This document shows, piece by piece, positions 38,901 through 48,200 of a DNA stretch of 64,000 bases (within the stretch, counting starts at the first letter, position 1; each line of letters begins with the position of its first letter). The notes beneath the pieces are model-generated. The model saw nothing but the letters and a program-made list of their open reading frames with translations. It was not told the origin of the DNA and did not search any database. The translations under genes and the position numbers were made by a program. Source of the stretch: a virus; IMG/VR virus record IMGVR_UViG_3300032235_000428, positions 1-64,000 of that record; one strand, written 5' to 3'.

Positions 38901-41900
38901 TATGCATATCCAACTGCAGTTCCACCAGGAACTAATTGTGTAATTTGTCTACCAGAAACAAAGTTTAATGTTGATGATGTACTTGCAAGAGAAACAACTT
39001 GATAATTATCGTGAGAATCTAAAATTTCTGAAGCAAAAAACTCTACGTTACCTTTTTGGAATGTGTTAATTCCTGTAGGTGTTGATCTAGTATCAACAAC
39101 TCTTGTTAAAGCTTCGTCTTCGTATAATTGGAATGTATTTGAATCAATATATCCTAAGTAATATTGGTTTCCACTAACCATACCCTCAATAACTCTTTGA
39201 GGAGCAGAATTTTCATCTCCAATGTAAAGTACGGTATCTGCGTTTAAAAATGGGTGTGCAGTTACCGTAAATCTATCAGTAGCAGTATTGAGACCTACTG
39301 TAGGTAAGAATGTTGCCTGCGTTACAACTGGTTTAAAATCTGCAGTATCATCATTTCCAGCATTATCAAAAAATCTTAAAACATATAGATCTTGATCAGT
39401 TCTACCGAGACCAATCGTTCTTAATGTTTGAGAACCACTTGAAGTTCCTGTAGCAGCAACTCTACCTCTATCAAATACGTAAGATCTTTGATTGAACCCA
39501 GATGATCTTAATGCATATAAACCAAAGTTAGTTGCTGAGTTTGTAATGGATAAGTATCCACCAGACTGTGTTAAAGATCCATATTTGCAGAAAATTTGGA
39601 AGCACGAAACTACCTGTGCATATCCATCATTTATAGTTCTCCATCCAATACCACCAAAAGAAACCATGGTAAATGCTGCAGCAACCATGGACTTACCAAA
39701 TTGTGGTTGAGGTCCTGATACAGGATTTTCTGCTTCTTCTGGTATAATTGTAGTATTTGGTGTTTGTATTTTAGAACCATCAACTAAAATACCATTTCCT
39801 GCTAAGAATGAAAGAATAGAGCAGTTTTGAATATACGGTGATCTACTAATTAAAGGCTTATCTGTTTTAACAGCATATCCAATTCTACTTGTAAATGTAT
39901 CTGCTGGATCGTCGAATGCAATTGCATAATCAAAAGTATATTGGGGAACACCTGCAAGATCGACATAATCTTTCATTGCAAATCCAGTTACATAGCATCC
40001 ATTTCTAACTCTGAAAAGATCTTTGCCAGCATTCTGTGGTCTAATAATGGTATTTCTTAAATTATCACCAACAACAGCAACATCTTCGTATAACAGAATT
40101 GGATTGTCTTCTACATAATTTCCAGCTTCAACAAATATACAAATTGGTTTTGATTGTGTAGTTGGTAAGGATAGTGCTGGTGCTGCAGTAGTACCTATAC
40201 CAATGATTGTTGTTACAATACCTACAGAGTTTACAATTGCAGATCTAACATTAGCACAATCTGTTGTTGCTCCTATTCCAGTTGCTGGGACTGCAGAAAG
40301 ATTACCGTTTGTAATTGCTGCTGTTAAAATTCCAACCAAACTATCAATATTTGATCTGATATTTGCACAAGAAGATGGACTAGTGTTGAATCCAGTAACA
40401 GGATCAGCAATTATGGTCCTATCTTGATAATTTAAATTGTTGGTGATTGCTAGTTTTGCATAATCTCTCGCTGCCTGGAATGCTGTTACTGATTGGGATT
40501 GTTCACCCAATAAACCATTTGATATTGGGGCACCACCTCCATTAAAATATGCTTTTGTTGCATATACTATATGTTGATTAGAACCGTAAGAAACATCCTG
40601 AGCTATAGCATCAACAATATATCCAAGATCTCTAGCACATTTTCTGCCACCTATAATATTTGTTGATCCAATACCAATACTTCCACAAATAACATTACAT
40701 GATGTTGTAATTCCAGCAAAATAACCACCATTATATGATGGTAAACCTGTTGTACTTCCAGCACCTATAACAGAGGTAACAATTCCTACAAGAGAAACAA
40801 TATTAGTTTGTACATCAAAACATGAGTTGGCACTAGTATTTGGTGGTGATGTACCTATTCCACCATATATTGTTGCTCCTACAGAAACCGTTAAATCTTT
40901 AATTGGTAGACGATTTGTTATCGCCTCCCTCATTAAATCTCCAGCGTATCTAAATGCATAAATGGTTTGCTGTTCTTCTCCAGCAAGACTACCAATACCA
41001 ACCCCAGTAAAATATTTTAATACAAATTCTCTTGCATAATTATTACCACCAGTAAATACGTCTGTGGAAACAGCATCAATAAAATATCCTAAATCTCTTT
41101 TGCATTTATTAGGATTTGGATTTACAAATGCTGGGTATGCTGTTGAAATTCCTGCATACGAATAATCAATGATTGTTTGTCTATTTTGTTGGATTAATCT
41201 ATAAGAATCATAGTATCTAGATCTTGCGTTTGTGGAACTTTCATTAGGAAAATAAAAATCTGAATGTGCAATTGCCACAGCAGCAAGAGACTTGTCAATA
41301 ATTTCTTGTCTATTATTAATAATTAAGTTTCTGGCATCCTTTGCTCTATGGAAACTATTTGCATTTACATTATTTGGATCTTGAGTTATAGTAAAGTCAA
41401 AAGTTTGAGTAATTACATTTTGATATAATGTTGGTGGAGTTTGATTATTAATTACATATTGGGCTAAGAATTTTATGTAATTATATGCAAACAGTGCTTC
41501 ACTTTCTTCACCTTGAACATAAGATACTCCACCACTCCAATAGGCAAAACCCGCCTCTAAAGATTTACTGTTACCACCATAAGAAAGATCGTAAGTGATA
41601 GCATCTACAATATATCCAACATCCCTAATACAAATTGCCCTATCATAATCTGGTTTATCTGTATAGATGTTTGGGTAATTAAATTCTAAATATGAAACAA
41701 CTTCTTCTTGAATAAATTGTCTATTGGCAGTTAATAAGTTTCCAGCATCTATGTATCTACCACCTGGTAAAGAAAATGATCTAAATGATGCTGCTTGTGC
41801 TGCCTTTTTAAGAGTTTTAAATGGTTTTGATCTACCATCATTACTATCATCTCCATTTGCAGAAGATACATAATATCTATTTTCATACAGTCCATTAGTA

Positions 41901-42244
41901 TTAAATCCTAAAACACCATCAGCACCATAAGTCAAAACCTGACCATCAGTTCCAGCTTTTGCAGGTAGAGTTAAAGTGTATGATGATACAAATCCTGATG
42001 TCTGACTTGGTGGTGTAATTGTTATTCTCTGTCCACCACTTTCGATGGCAATTTGAGATTGGAAAGTGACTATTCCCATACCACCAGCACCGTTGGTGGC
42101 GGAAATAATTCCTACTGTTGTAACTCCAGTTACTTTTGTATGTGTAAAAGTAGTAACACCAGCTACTATGTTCCTATTAACATCGACAAGTCTTTCGGTA
42201 TCAATGTTAATACCGTGCTTTACCCTAAAATTTTTGTCAGCCAA
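32903..42244 (-). CDS. 3113 aa tail fibre: beta-helix domain with phycobiliprotein-like insertions, fibre repeats, carbohydrate-binding-like domain, C-terminal S74 intramolecular chaperone
   Basis: TTG start after GGGGA; YYVSSANGDDSNDG..KPFKTLKKA beta-helix cap; LDADLLDG twice; SDIKLKTNI...IGVIAQEIEQVVPEVV...AVLIEAIKE (peptidase S74). Confidence 0.85.
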   Translation of the reverse strand: MADKNFRVKHGINIDTERLVDVNRNIVAGVTTFTHTKVTGVTTVGIISATNGAGGMGIVTFQSQIAIESGGQRITITPPSQTSGFVSSYTLTLPAKAGTDGQVLTYGADGVLGFNTNGLYENRYYVSSANGDDSNDGRSKPFKTLKKAAQAASFRSFSLPGGRYIDAGNLLTANRQFIQEEVVSYLEFNYPNIYTDKPDYDRAICIRDVGYIVDAITYDLSYGGNSKSLEAGFAYWSGGVSYVQGEESEALFAYNYIKFLAQYVINNQTPPTLYQNVITQTFDFTITQDPNNVNANSFHRAKDARNLIINNRQEIIDKSLAAVAIAHSDFYFPNESSTNARSRYYDSYRLIQQNRQTIIDYSYAGISTAYPAFVNPNPNKCKRDLGYFIDAVSTDVFTGGNNYAREFVLKYFTGVGIGSLAGEEQQTIYAFRYAGDLMREAITNRLPIKDLTVSVGATIYGGIGTSPPNTSANSCFDVQTNIVSLVGIVTSVIGAGSTTGLPSYNGGYFAGITTSCNVICGSIGIGSTNIIGGRKCARDLGYIVDAIAQDVSYGSNQHIVYATKAYFNGGGAPISNGLLGEQSQSVTAFQAARDYAKLAITNNLNYQDRTIIADPVTGFNTSPSSCANIRSNIDSLVGILTAAITNGNLSAVPATGIGATTDCANVRSAIVNSVGIVTTIIGIGTTAAPALSLPTTQSKPICIFVEAGNYVEDNPILLYEDVAVVGDNLRNTIIRPQNAGKDLFRVRNGCYVTGFAMKDYVDLAGVPQYTFDYAIAFDDPADTFTSRIGYAVKTDKPLISRSPYIQNCSILSFLAGNGILVDGSKIQTPNTTIIPEEAENPVSGPQPQFGKSMVAAAFTMVSFGGIGWRTINDGYAQVVSCFQIFCKYGSLTQSGGYLSITNSATNFGLYALRSSGFNQRSYVFDRGRVAATGTSSGSQTLRTIGLGRTDQDLYVLRFFDNAGNDDTADFKPVVTQATFLPTVGLNTATDRFTVTAHPFLNADTVLYIGDENSAPQRVIEGMVSGNQYYLGYIDSNTFQLYEDEALTRVVDTRSTPTGINTFQKGNVEFFASEILDSHDNYQVVSLASTSSTLNFVSGRQITQLVPGGTAVGYAYTYNSTKRELVVSVESSSGITRLFGVTDNVSTLKINDHSGSPVSIAVTGVAGINTYYTVECKVGATIPDTVINGVGGLPEAYNLHFHRPSIINSSSHTWEFSGSGIDYNALPENGGKTITSTEQLSELGGRVYCSGTNELGDFKIGNFITAYNRTGNIVFNNKVTIGQLDSLRLSLSGGVAVEEFSTDIGLGDNEIGGPQNKRVSTQLAVRSFLNNRLGSFIDKSISTNAVPSAIVQLNSNGQINPDLIPPKVVNYYTTNVSGGRTDLVNRIPAVNLQSGDTVLEPASGYVLTNDLYGQYLLLSSTTRNYNFLNGDQVTGTNSAGGSIGVVTTPPTNAVGYGTTGLVKGVLLSVSITSGGSGYTNPGIYTCVLDRTTGIGTSARAAITVGASGTVTAISVNFGGRYYTSGDVLTINNVTLLGGRSGGANFTATVNIIETRLYLKLTNNQKFVASSTLPDYIADRDAVGVGTSLQLQYQKTFTPTDISIGGGVDFTNNRIVVGVSTFTNGDPVIYSSAGGNVIDGLTQGDTYYVKRVGLSSVELYTTYGLSSLISLTGSGTGTHSLTRVGVNTSDDFIVFEKHGFSTGDAVKVTGATPVGVTTGAFYFVGSVITNGFTLHATRADATTSLNGSTFSPVGLGSTATGTVTFTRQNVQYNSTVNTSSSILDNWSVLATSSVDAANITSGTISPSRLGSGSANSDTFLRGDSTFDKVVTRVGIGTTEPLSATASFTESAPGGVGVNTYIGKVNLSIQRVKTVVGQDYTSLGVSRFKNSTFSIGSDGEVSIKNSSTGDIDAASLGGQSGSYYLNPVNFTASIPISKGGTGLAAIPPAGSILQGNGTTYDLVTSPTLSGNLTLTVGGYFRAVGLAVTHGSISGFGTVTNLGSVNATISGISTFSGSGNNINQTAGTAALNRLTVTGVSTFSDTVNVTNITMSNATNSRLTNAGTIVATNETVSGVTTFSGSGNNINCTAGTQVFNRAVFSGITTFLSDVNVGVANYQTANVAGTLTASNFSVSGISTLARVSVSNTLIATTLTVSGVTTFSDTINVGTISASATTQQTLPNLINTNIVVSGISTFTGAGNNINQTTGTAALNRLTVAGVSTFTGQLNYGAISGTTITNSGTAALTNETVSGVSTFSGSGNNINQTAGTATLNRLTVAGISTFTGQLNAGTISATTISGSLGNTLTISSPLTGTSYNNSAAVTIGINASSANTANYVVQRGAGGEVSVGILSATGGTFTGQLNVSPSTILAFGNQTRQMINLWSTGYGLGVQNSTSYFRSDSRFSWHRGGTHTDTENSAGTGGTVAMTLDSTSNLSVTGTVSGTRLISTIATGTAPLTVTSTTQVSNLNASLLEGYSTDTANTANRIVRRDASGNFSANVVTVDQLISGNNGNGTNLRIGDDVWVGDINTANTFRVQGVQNSDRGFITFGNSSNTQLGRIGTGALTWGGETIWHSGNDGAGSTLDADLLDGLELHTGRNNEANKVVRTDVNGYIQAGWINTPSGDIADTTNIDRIYCSNDDYIRYKGVADFQQQIGLTYKNSRPRSSDTTDTNYWTGTRGWGTTDLNTVFDWGSGFFDTWGNPGNQPSGTSHWNGVQSIHYTNNTARYGWQMVVGEGNPSLTFMRGVWSGAGTFSSWRRMWNDGNDGSGSGLDADLLDGLNAATTNTNSTIVSRDASGGFAAAKVDTTQVTRTNARVDTAERYPIGHYSQGEAVFELDPTWTNAELQNYFNFAGVSWVNDSTAPGGYAVSITGQPSVGGEYGAGFPYIPVDTNDVYYMECYIKNVTGTNTHYMGSIDYNEAFTSLGGNPGSFGYWVMVNTNPGTAWTKVSGYITGFGAATGQFKAGTKYWTPMALFNYTTTQVPGTSAVSYISGWKVFRVSHFGNRTITGNFTASGTVTANSDIKLKTNIKPIENALEKVTKMRGVEFDRIDRDNEHQIGVIAQEIEQVVPEVVSDNFGTKAVAYGNITAVLIEAIKEQQTMINSLKEEIEELKKK
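40196..41758 (-). repeat. Three nested phycobiliprotein-like (C-x-R-D-x-G-Y) helical units within the 3113 aa fibre
   Basis: CIRDVGY (Cys205, codon 41630-41632), CKRDLGY (Cys381, 41102-41104), CARDLGY (Cys536, 40637-40639); three R..DA..L...NRQ helices and three [SD]C...V...I..LV helices. Confidence 0.7.
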
Positions 42245-42282
42245 GGTTCAGTATCCCCTTTGCGTAATTTTTTATCTTAGTT

Positions 42283-42290
42283 TATTTATA
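42283..42290 (-). promoter_or_regulatory. Late promoter TATAAATA
   Basis: Overlaps the stop of the 2960 aa gene, upstream of the TTG start. Confidence 0.75.
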
Positions 42291-45200
42291 TTCTATTAGC
42301 TATGAAGTTCACAACAACTGTAGTCACACCAACATTAGATACTGGAGTTACTCTTAGTGCAATATATCCAGGTGGTAATGAGTTATCTATCACTACATCA
42401 TAAGATGCAACATCAACACCAGTAGAAATATTTGAATATTCTGAGTTATAGCATGTTACTCCATCATGAATGGACAATATTTTAGTTATTTGGTGAGTAT
42501 TTCCAATAGAAGTTTGAACTGTATATTCAACGGATCTAAAATCAGATCTTGCCAAAGCAGTATGAACTTGTGCTGTTGCATTTGATGTTAAAGTTGTTGA
42601 AATAGTTCCAACTAATGTATTTCCTCTTATCTGAATGTCGCCATACACATGAAGTGCTGAATTTGGTGAAGCGGTATTAATACCAACCGATCCAATTCCA
42701 GATGTTGCGTCTGCAAGTAATATTGTTCCACCAACGCCAACACGTAGACGGCCAGTTGTTGTTACTCCAGTATTATGAATGTCTTGAGATCTAATGATTG
42801 GGAACGTACCTACACCAGTTATGTTGATATTAGTGGCATTAAAGAAGTTGAAGTTAGAAACATTTGGTGAATCTAATCTTTGTGTAAATGTTGCAATACC
42901 AGCATATAATAAGTTAGAACCGAAAATATCAAGATCATTAATTTCTAAACTAGTTCCCTTAATTGCATTAAATGTTGAAATTCCTGTAAATACACAATCA
43001 GAACCAATAATATCATTAACTGTAGCAATACCAGTGCTAACTAAATTAACATTTCTGAGTGTGTTAATAGTAGATACACCAGAATAATTTAAATTAGTAC
43101 CGCTTACAAAAGTAATAATACCAACGTTTGCTCTTAATGTTGTTATTGACGCTATTCCAGAAGCATAAATGTCAGTATTTGTTATGCTTGTTAATGTTAT
43201 ATCAGTTGCTAATATCTTACCTAATGTACTTATACCAAGATAAGATAAGTTAGTTCCTACTAAGTTTGGAATAGTTCCTAAACCAGAATAATTTAAATTA
43301 GTACCTGTAATAAAGGTTACAATACCAACATTAGTTCTGAAGTTATTAAAACTTCCTATACCAGTACTATAAATGTTTACATTATCTATATCTTGATAAG
43401 TTGCTCTTGTACCAGAAATAGTAGTAACTACACCTGTTACTGCAAATAATGAATTAAGTTGTCCAATAGTATATGATACATTAGTTCCAGAAAGAGTAGT
43501 TACAAATCCAGAATTGGTGTATAAAGTATTAATAGTACCAATTCCACTGTATGCTACATTAGTACCAGTTAAATTAGTTACAACACCAACATTAGTGTAT
43601 AAAGTTATAATTGTACCAATTCCACTATATGCTACATTAGTACCAGAAAGATAAGTTACAAATCCAACATTAGTGTATAATGTATTATTATTAGTAATGT
43701 TATCTAAAAATAATGTAGATGCATTTACTGTTACTAATGTAGTAACTCCAGATACTGATAGATTTTGATTGGATAGATATGTTACGAAACCAACGTTAGC
43801 ATATAAAGTATTTACAGTACCAATTCCACTATATGATACATTAGTACCAGAAAGATAAGTTACAAGTCCAACATTAGATTTTAATGTAGAAATACTTGCA
43901 ATACCTGCAAGATTGTCTCTTGAGAAGAATGCAGTTTCCGTTACAAACCCAACATTATTGGATGGTTGTGAAATTGTAATAGTATTTGTTCCTAAACCTA
44001 CAATTCTTGTTCCAGAAGATATTCCACTTGGGGAATAAACAAAATCATTAATTTGTAGTGATAATATAAAGGATGTGGGAAGACCAACTACGGTAGTATT
44101 AATTCCAATAGATGCTTCAGTACTTCCAGTACCAATGATATAATTTGTAGAAAGAATATAATCTGATGTTAAAGTTGTTACTAATCCAACATTACTCTTC
44201 AATTGAGTAATGGTTCCAAGACCAGTTGTATAAATGTTGGTATTGTCTACTAATGGAATAGTTCCTATTCCAGCAAAGAAATTTGTAACATTTAGTGCAG
44301 TGACAAATCCAACGTTAGCAAAGAAATCTGATACACTAGTAATACCACTAGAATAAATCCTATCAGATTCTAAGTTTTCTGCTCCAATAGTGGTAGTTTG
44401 GAAGTTATCACCAACTGCGGATGTAATAGCAACATTTTGAACATTAAGATTTGCAATTGTTGAAGTTCCAACAATGTTCAAATCTACCGAATTTAGAGCG
44501 ATAGTTCCTATTCTATTAGCAATAATTTCAAGAACATTTAAAACATTTGTTATTTCAGCATCGGTTGCTGATAAAACACCAACAGTTGCAATCCCAACAT
44601 TTATTAAATTAGATCTTATATCATTAATAGTTCCAATTCCACTATAAGATAAATTGGTTCCTGTTAAGAAAGTTACAATACCAACATTAGTCCTTAAATT
44701 AGTAAAACTTGCAATTCCAGTATTATAGAGATTTGTATTATCAATGTCTGGATATGTTGCTCTTGTACCAGAAATAGTAGTTACAAATCCAGTATTAACT
44801 CTTATTGCTGGTGTGGTTGTTACCCCAGTAACTTCTATATCTCTACCATAAAATGTAGTAACATATCCAACATTGGTTCTTAAAACATCAATAGTACCAA
44901 TACCACTATATACAATATTAGTACCAGTTAAATATGTAACTATACCAACGTTGGTATTTAAAATTGGTAATGTTGAGATTCCAGAATACCAAAGGTTTGT
45001 ACCTATTAAATTAGTGACAAATCCAATATTAGTTCTTAAAGTATTGATAGTACCAACACCAGTATATTGAATATTAGTTCCACTTAAGAATGTAACAAGA
45101 CCAACGCGAGCTGTTACTGTCTCAGCAGAAGAAATACCTGGAGTGTAGATATCGGTATTTACGTATAAACGTTGTGCTGTGGTTATTCCTGTTATATTTG

Positions 45201-48200
45201 CATTAACAGTATCAAAATTAGTTAAAATACCAATATGTGCTTTTAATTTTGAAATACTAGCAACACCAGCACGAGGATCATCAACAACAGTTATAGTAGA
45301 TGTTGTTGTCTGTGCTGCATTAATAGATGATGGTGTAATAGTAATGATACCTGGGGCATCTATAGAAAGAATCGTCGTATTTGGTAATAGTTCAGTTCCT
45401 GTAGAATAAACTGTCATTTCTGGGTTTAACCCAGCAGTACTGATGGCAATTTTATTCGTACTTGGACCAATTATAGAATTATTTTGTGTTGCAATTAAAG
45501 TTTCATTATTGGTTAAAGTAAAATAATCTGCTTTTAAATTAGTAACAATTCCAACAGCAATATAAGATTGATTAAAACTAGATATTCCAGTATAATAGAT
45601 ATTACTACCTAAAAGATTACCAACAGTTGCTATAAAAGTAGATGAGTTGTTAACATTGAGTATTGGTAATGTTGCAACACCAGTAATATTAATGTTACTA
45701 ATACTGAGTTGAGCAGAACTTAATAATTCTTGTCCGCCAATTTTATATGATTTTGATGGAACTAAGTTAAAGTCCTCAGTTGAGCTCCATGTATTTTGTT
45801 GTCTATCATAGAAAATACGTTTATCTGTAGTTCCTCTAAGTATAATTCCACCTTGATCTGCAGTATAATCTGTAGCACCCCCAACATCAAATGTAATATC
45901 ACCAGTTGTAAGGTGTACAGCATCAACAGTAAATACTGAAGATGAAACTATTGATAAAATTCTAACTGTACCAGCAGCTATAGAACCAGTACCACCAGTT
46001 TGTGTTATTGTCTGTCCTGGTATTAATCCAGTTGTAGTGTATATGTTTGGATCTAAAGTGACTGCGTTTGCACCACTAACTATTGCTCCCTGTAATCCTG
46101 TAATAACAGATACAACACCAAGTTCAATATTTACATCATCTACCTGTAAAACTGAGGAATTAAACGATGTAACAGTTCCATCAACAGTAAGATTTCCACC
46201 TACATTTAAATCTCCACGTATTGTTGAAACTCCAGTAACATTTAATGATGGGGTATTTACAGTCCCAGAATTGTATATGTTTACTGAATTTATATCATTA
46301 GAGAAATTAGTAATACCATTTAAAGTTGATACACCAGCAACTACTAATTCATTTAAGTTGGTAGTTCCAAATGGTTGAATAATATCTGTAAAAAATGTAG
46401 ATATACCAAGAACTTGTACATTATCAACATCTATTGCTGGTACAACTAAATTATGTCTAATTGTAGTAACGCCTACAGAATTTCCAATAACTATATTCGT
46501 CGCATCACCAAATGCATTTACTGATGTAAGTGCTGTGTTGAATAGTGTTAATGTTCCAGTGCTTGTTCCAGAAATAGTTGGGTTAGCACCATTAATTGCA
46601 AAAGAAGTTGCATTAGGTAGTGAGAATGTAGTATTTCTTACAGTTGCTATTCCTGTAGTAGCACCCCAAACAATTGCTGTTGCTGCACCAAATGCATTTA
46701 TTGATGTTAATGCTGTATTGAATAGTGTTAATGTTCCAGTACTTGTTCCAGAGATAGTTGGGTTAGCACCATTAATTGCAAAAGAAGTTGCATTGGGTAA
46801 CGAAAATGTAAGATTTCTTACTGTTGCTATTCCTGTAGTGGCACCGATTAATAAATCAGTAGCAACACCAAATACATTTATTCTTGTTGCAACTGTATTA
46901 TATAAGTTTTGAGATACTTGAGTACCAACAACTGTTGGATTACCAATTGTTAATGTGCCGCTGTTAGCACCAATATTAAATGTAGATGCAGCACCAAAGG
47001 CGTTTATAGTTGTATTAGTATTAAATACAGTAAAACTGGATTGAGTTGCACTAATAGAAGTTGCATTTGATAGATTTACTGAAGCATTTCTTATCGTAGT
47101 AACTCCAGTATTTGCTCCAATCAGTAAGTCTGCAGCAGCACCAAATGCATTTACTCTTGTTGCAACACTATTGAAAACATCTTGTGTTACTTGAGTACCA
47201 ACAACTGTTGGATTACCAATTGTTAATGTGCCGCTGTTAGCACCAATATTAATAGATGATGCCTGACCAAAAGCATTTACAGTATTTGCAATTGTATTGT
47301 AAACGTTCTGTGTTGCACTTTGACCAATTAAAGTTGATGGTCTTAATGTTAACGTAGCGTTAGTTGAACCAATACCGATCGCTGTTGCTTGCCCAAAAGC
47401 ATTAACAGTAGTTGTTCCAGTATTATAAAGATTTTGTGTTGTATTACCACCAACAATTGTTATCGGTCTTAATGTTAATGTTGCATTAGTTGAACCAATA
47501 CCAATAGTTGTTGCTTCTCCGAAAGCATTAACAGTAGTTAGATTTGTATTGAATAGAGTTAATGTTCCAGTTGAAGAACCAGATATAGTTGGATTATTTC
47601 CATTTATATCAACTGTGGATGCATTAGGTAAAGAAAATACAGTGTTTCTTACTGTAGCAAATCCACTTATTGCACCTAATAGAAGATTATTTGCTGCCCC
47701 AAATGCATTTACCGATGTTGCAATTGTATTGTAAACATTCTGTGTTGCATTAGTACCAACTATTGTTGATGGTCTAGCCGTTAGGGTTGCATTGGTTGAA
47801 CCAATACCAATAGATGTTGCTTGTCCAAATGCGGTAACTGTAGTTGCTACAGTATCATAAAGATTTTGGGTTACTTGAGTGCCAACAACTGTTGGATTAC
47901 CTACAGTTAAAGTGCCCGAGTTTGCACCAATATTTAATGTTGTTGCTGCACCAAAAGCATTAACTGTAGTTGCTACTGTATTATAAACATTTTGTGTTGC
48001 ATTAGTACCAACTATTGTTGATGGTCTAGCCGTTAGGGTTGCATTGGTTGAACCAATACCAATAGATGTTGCTTGCCCAAAAGCATTAACTGTAGTTGTT
48101 ACTATATTATACAGATTTTGGGTTGCTTGAGTACCAACTACTGTAGGATTACCGATTGTTAAAGTACCACTATTAGCACCAATATTCAATGTTGATGCTG

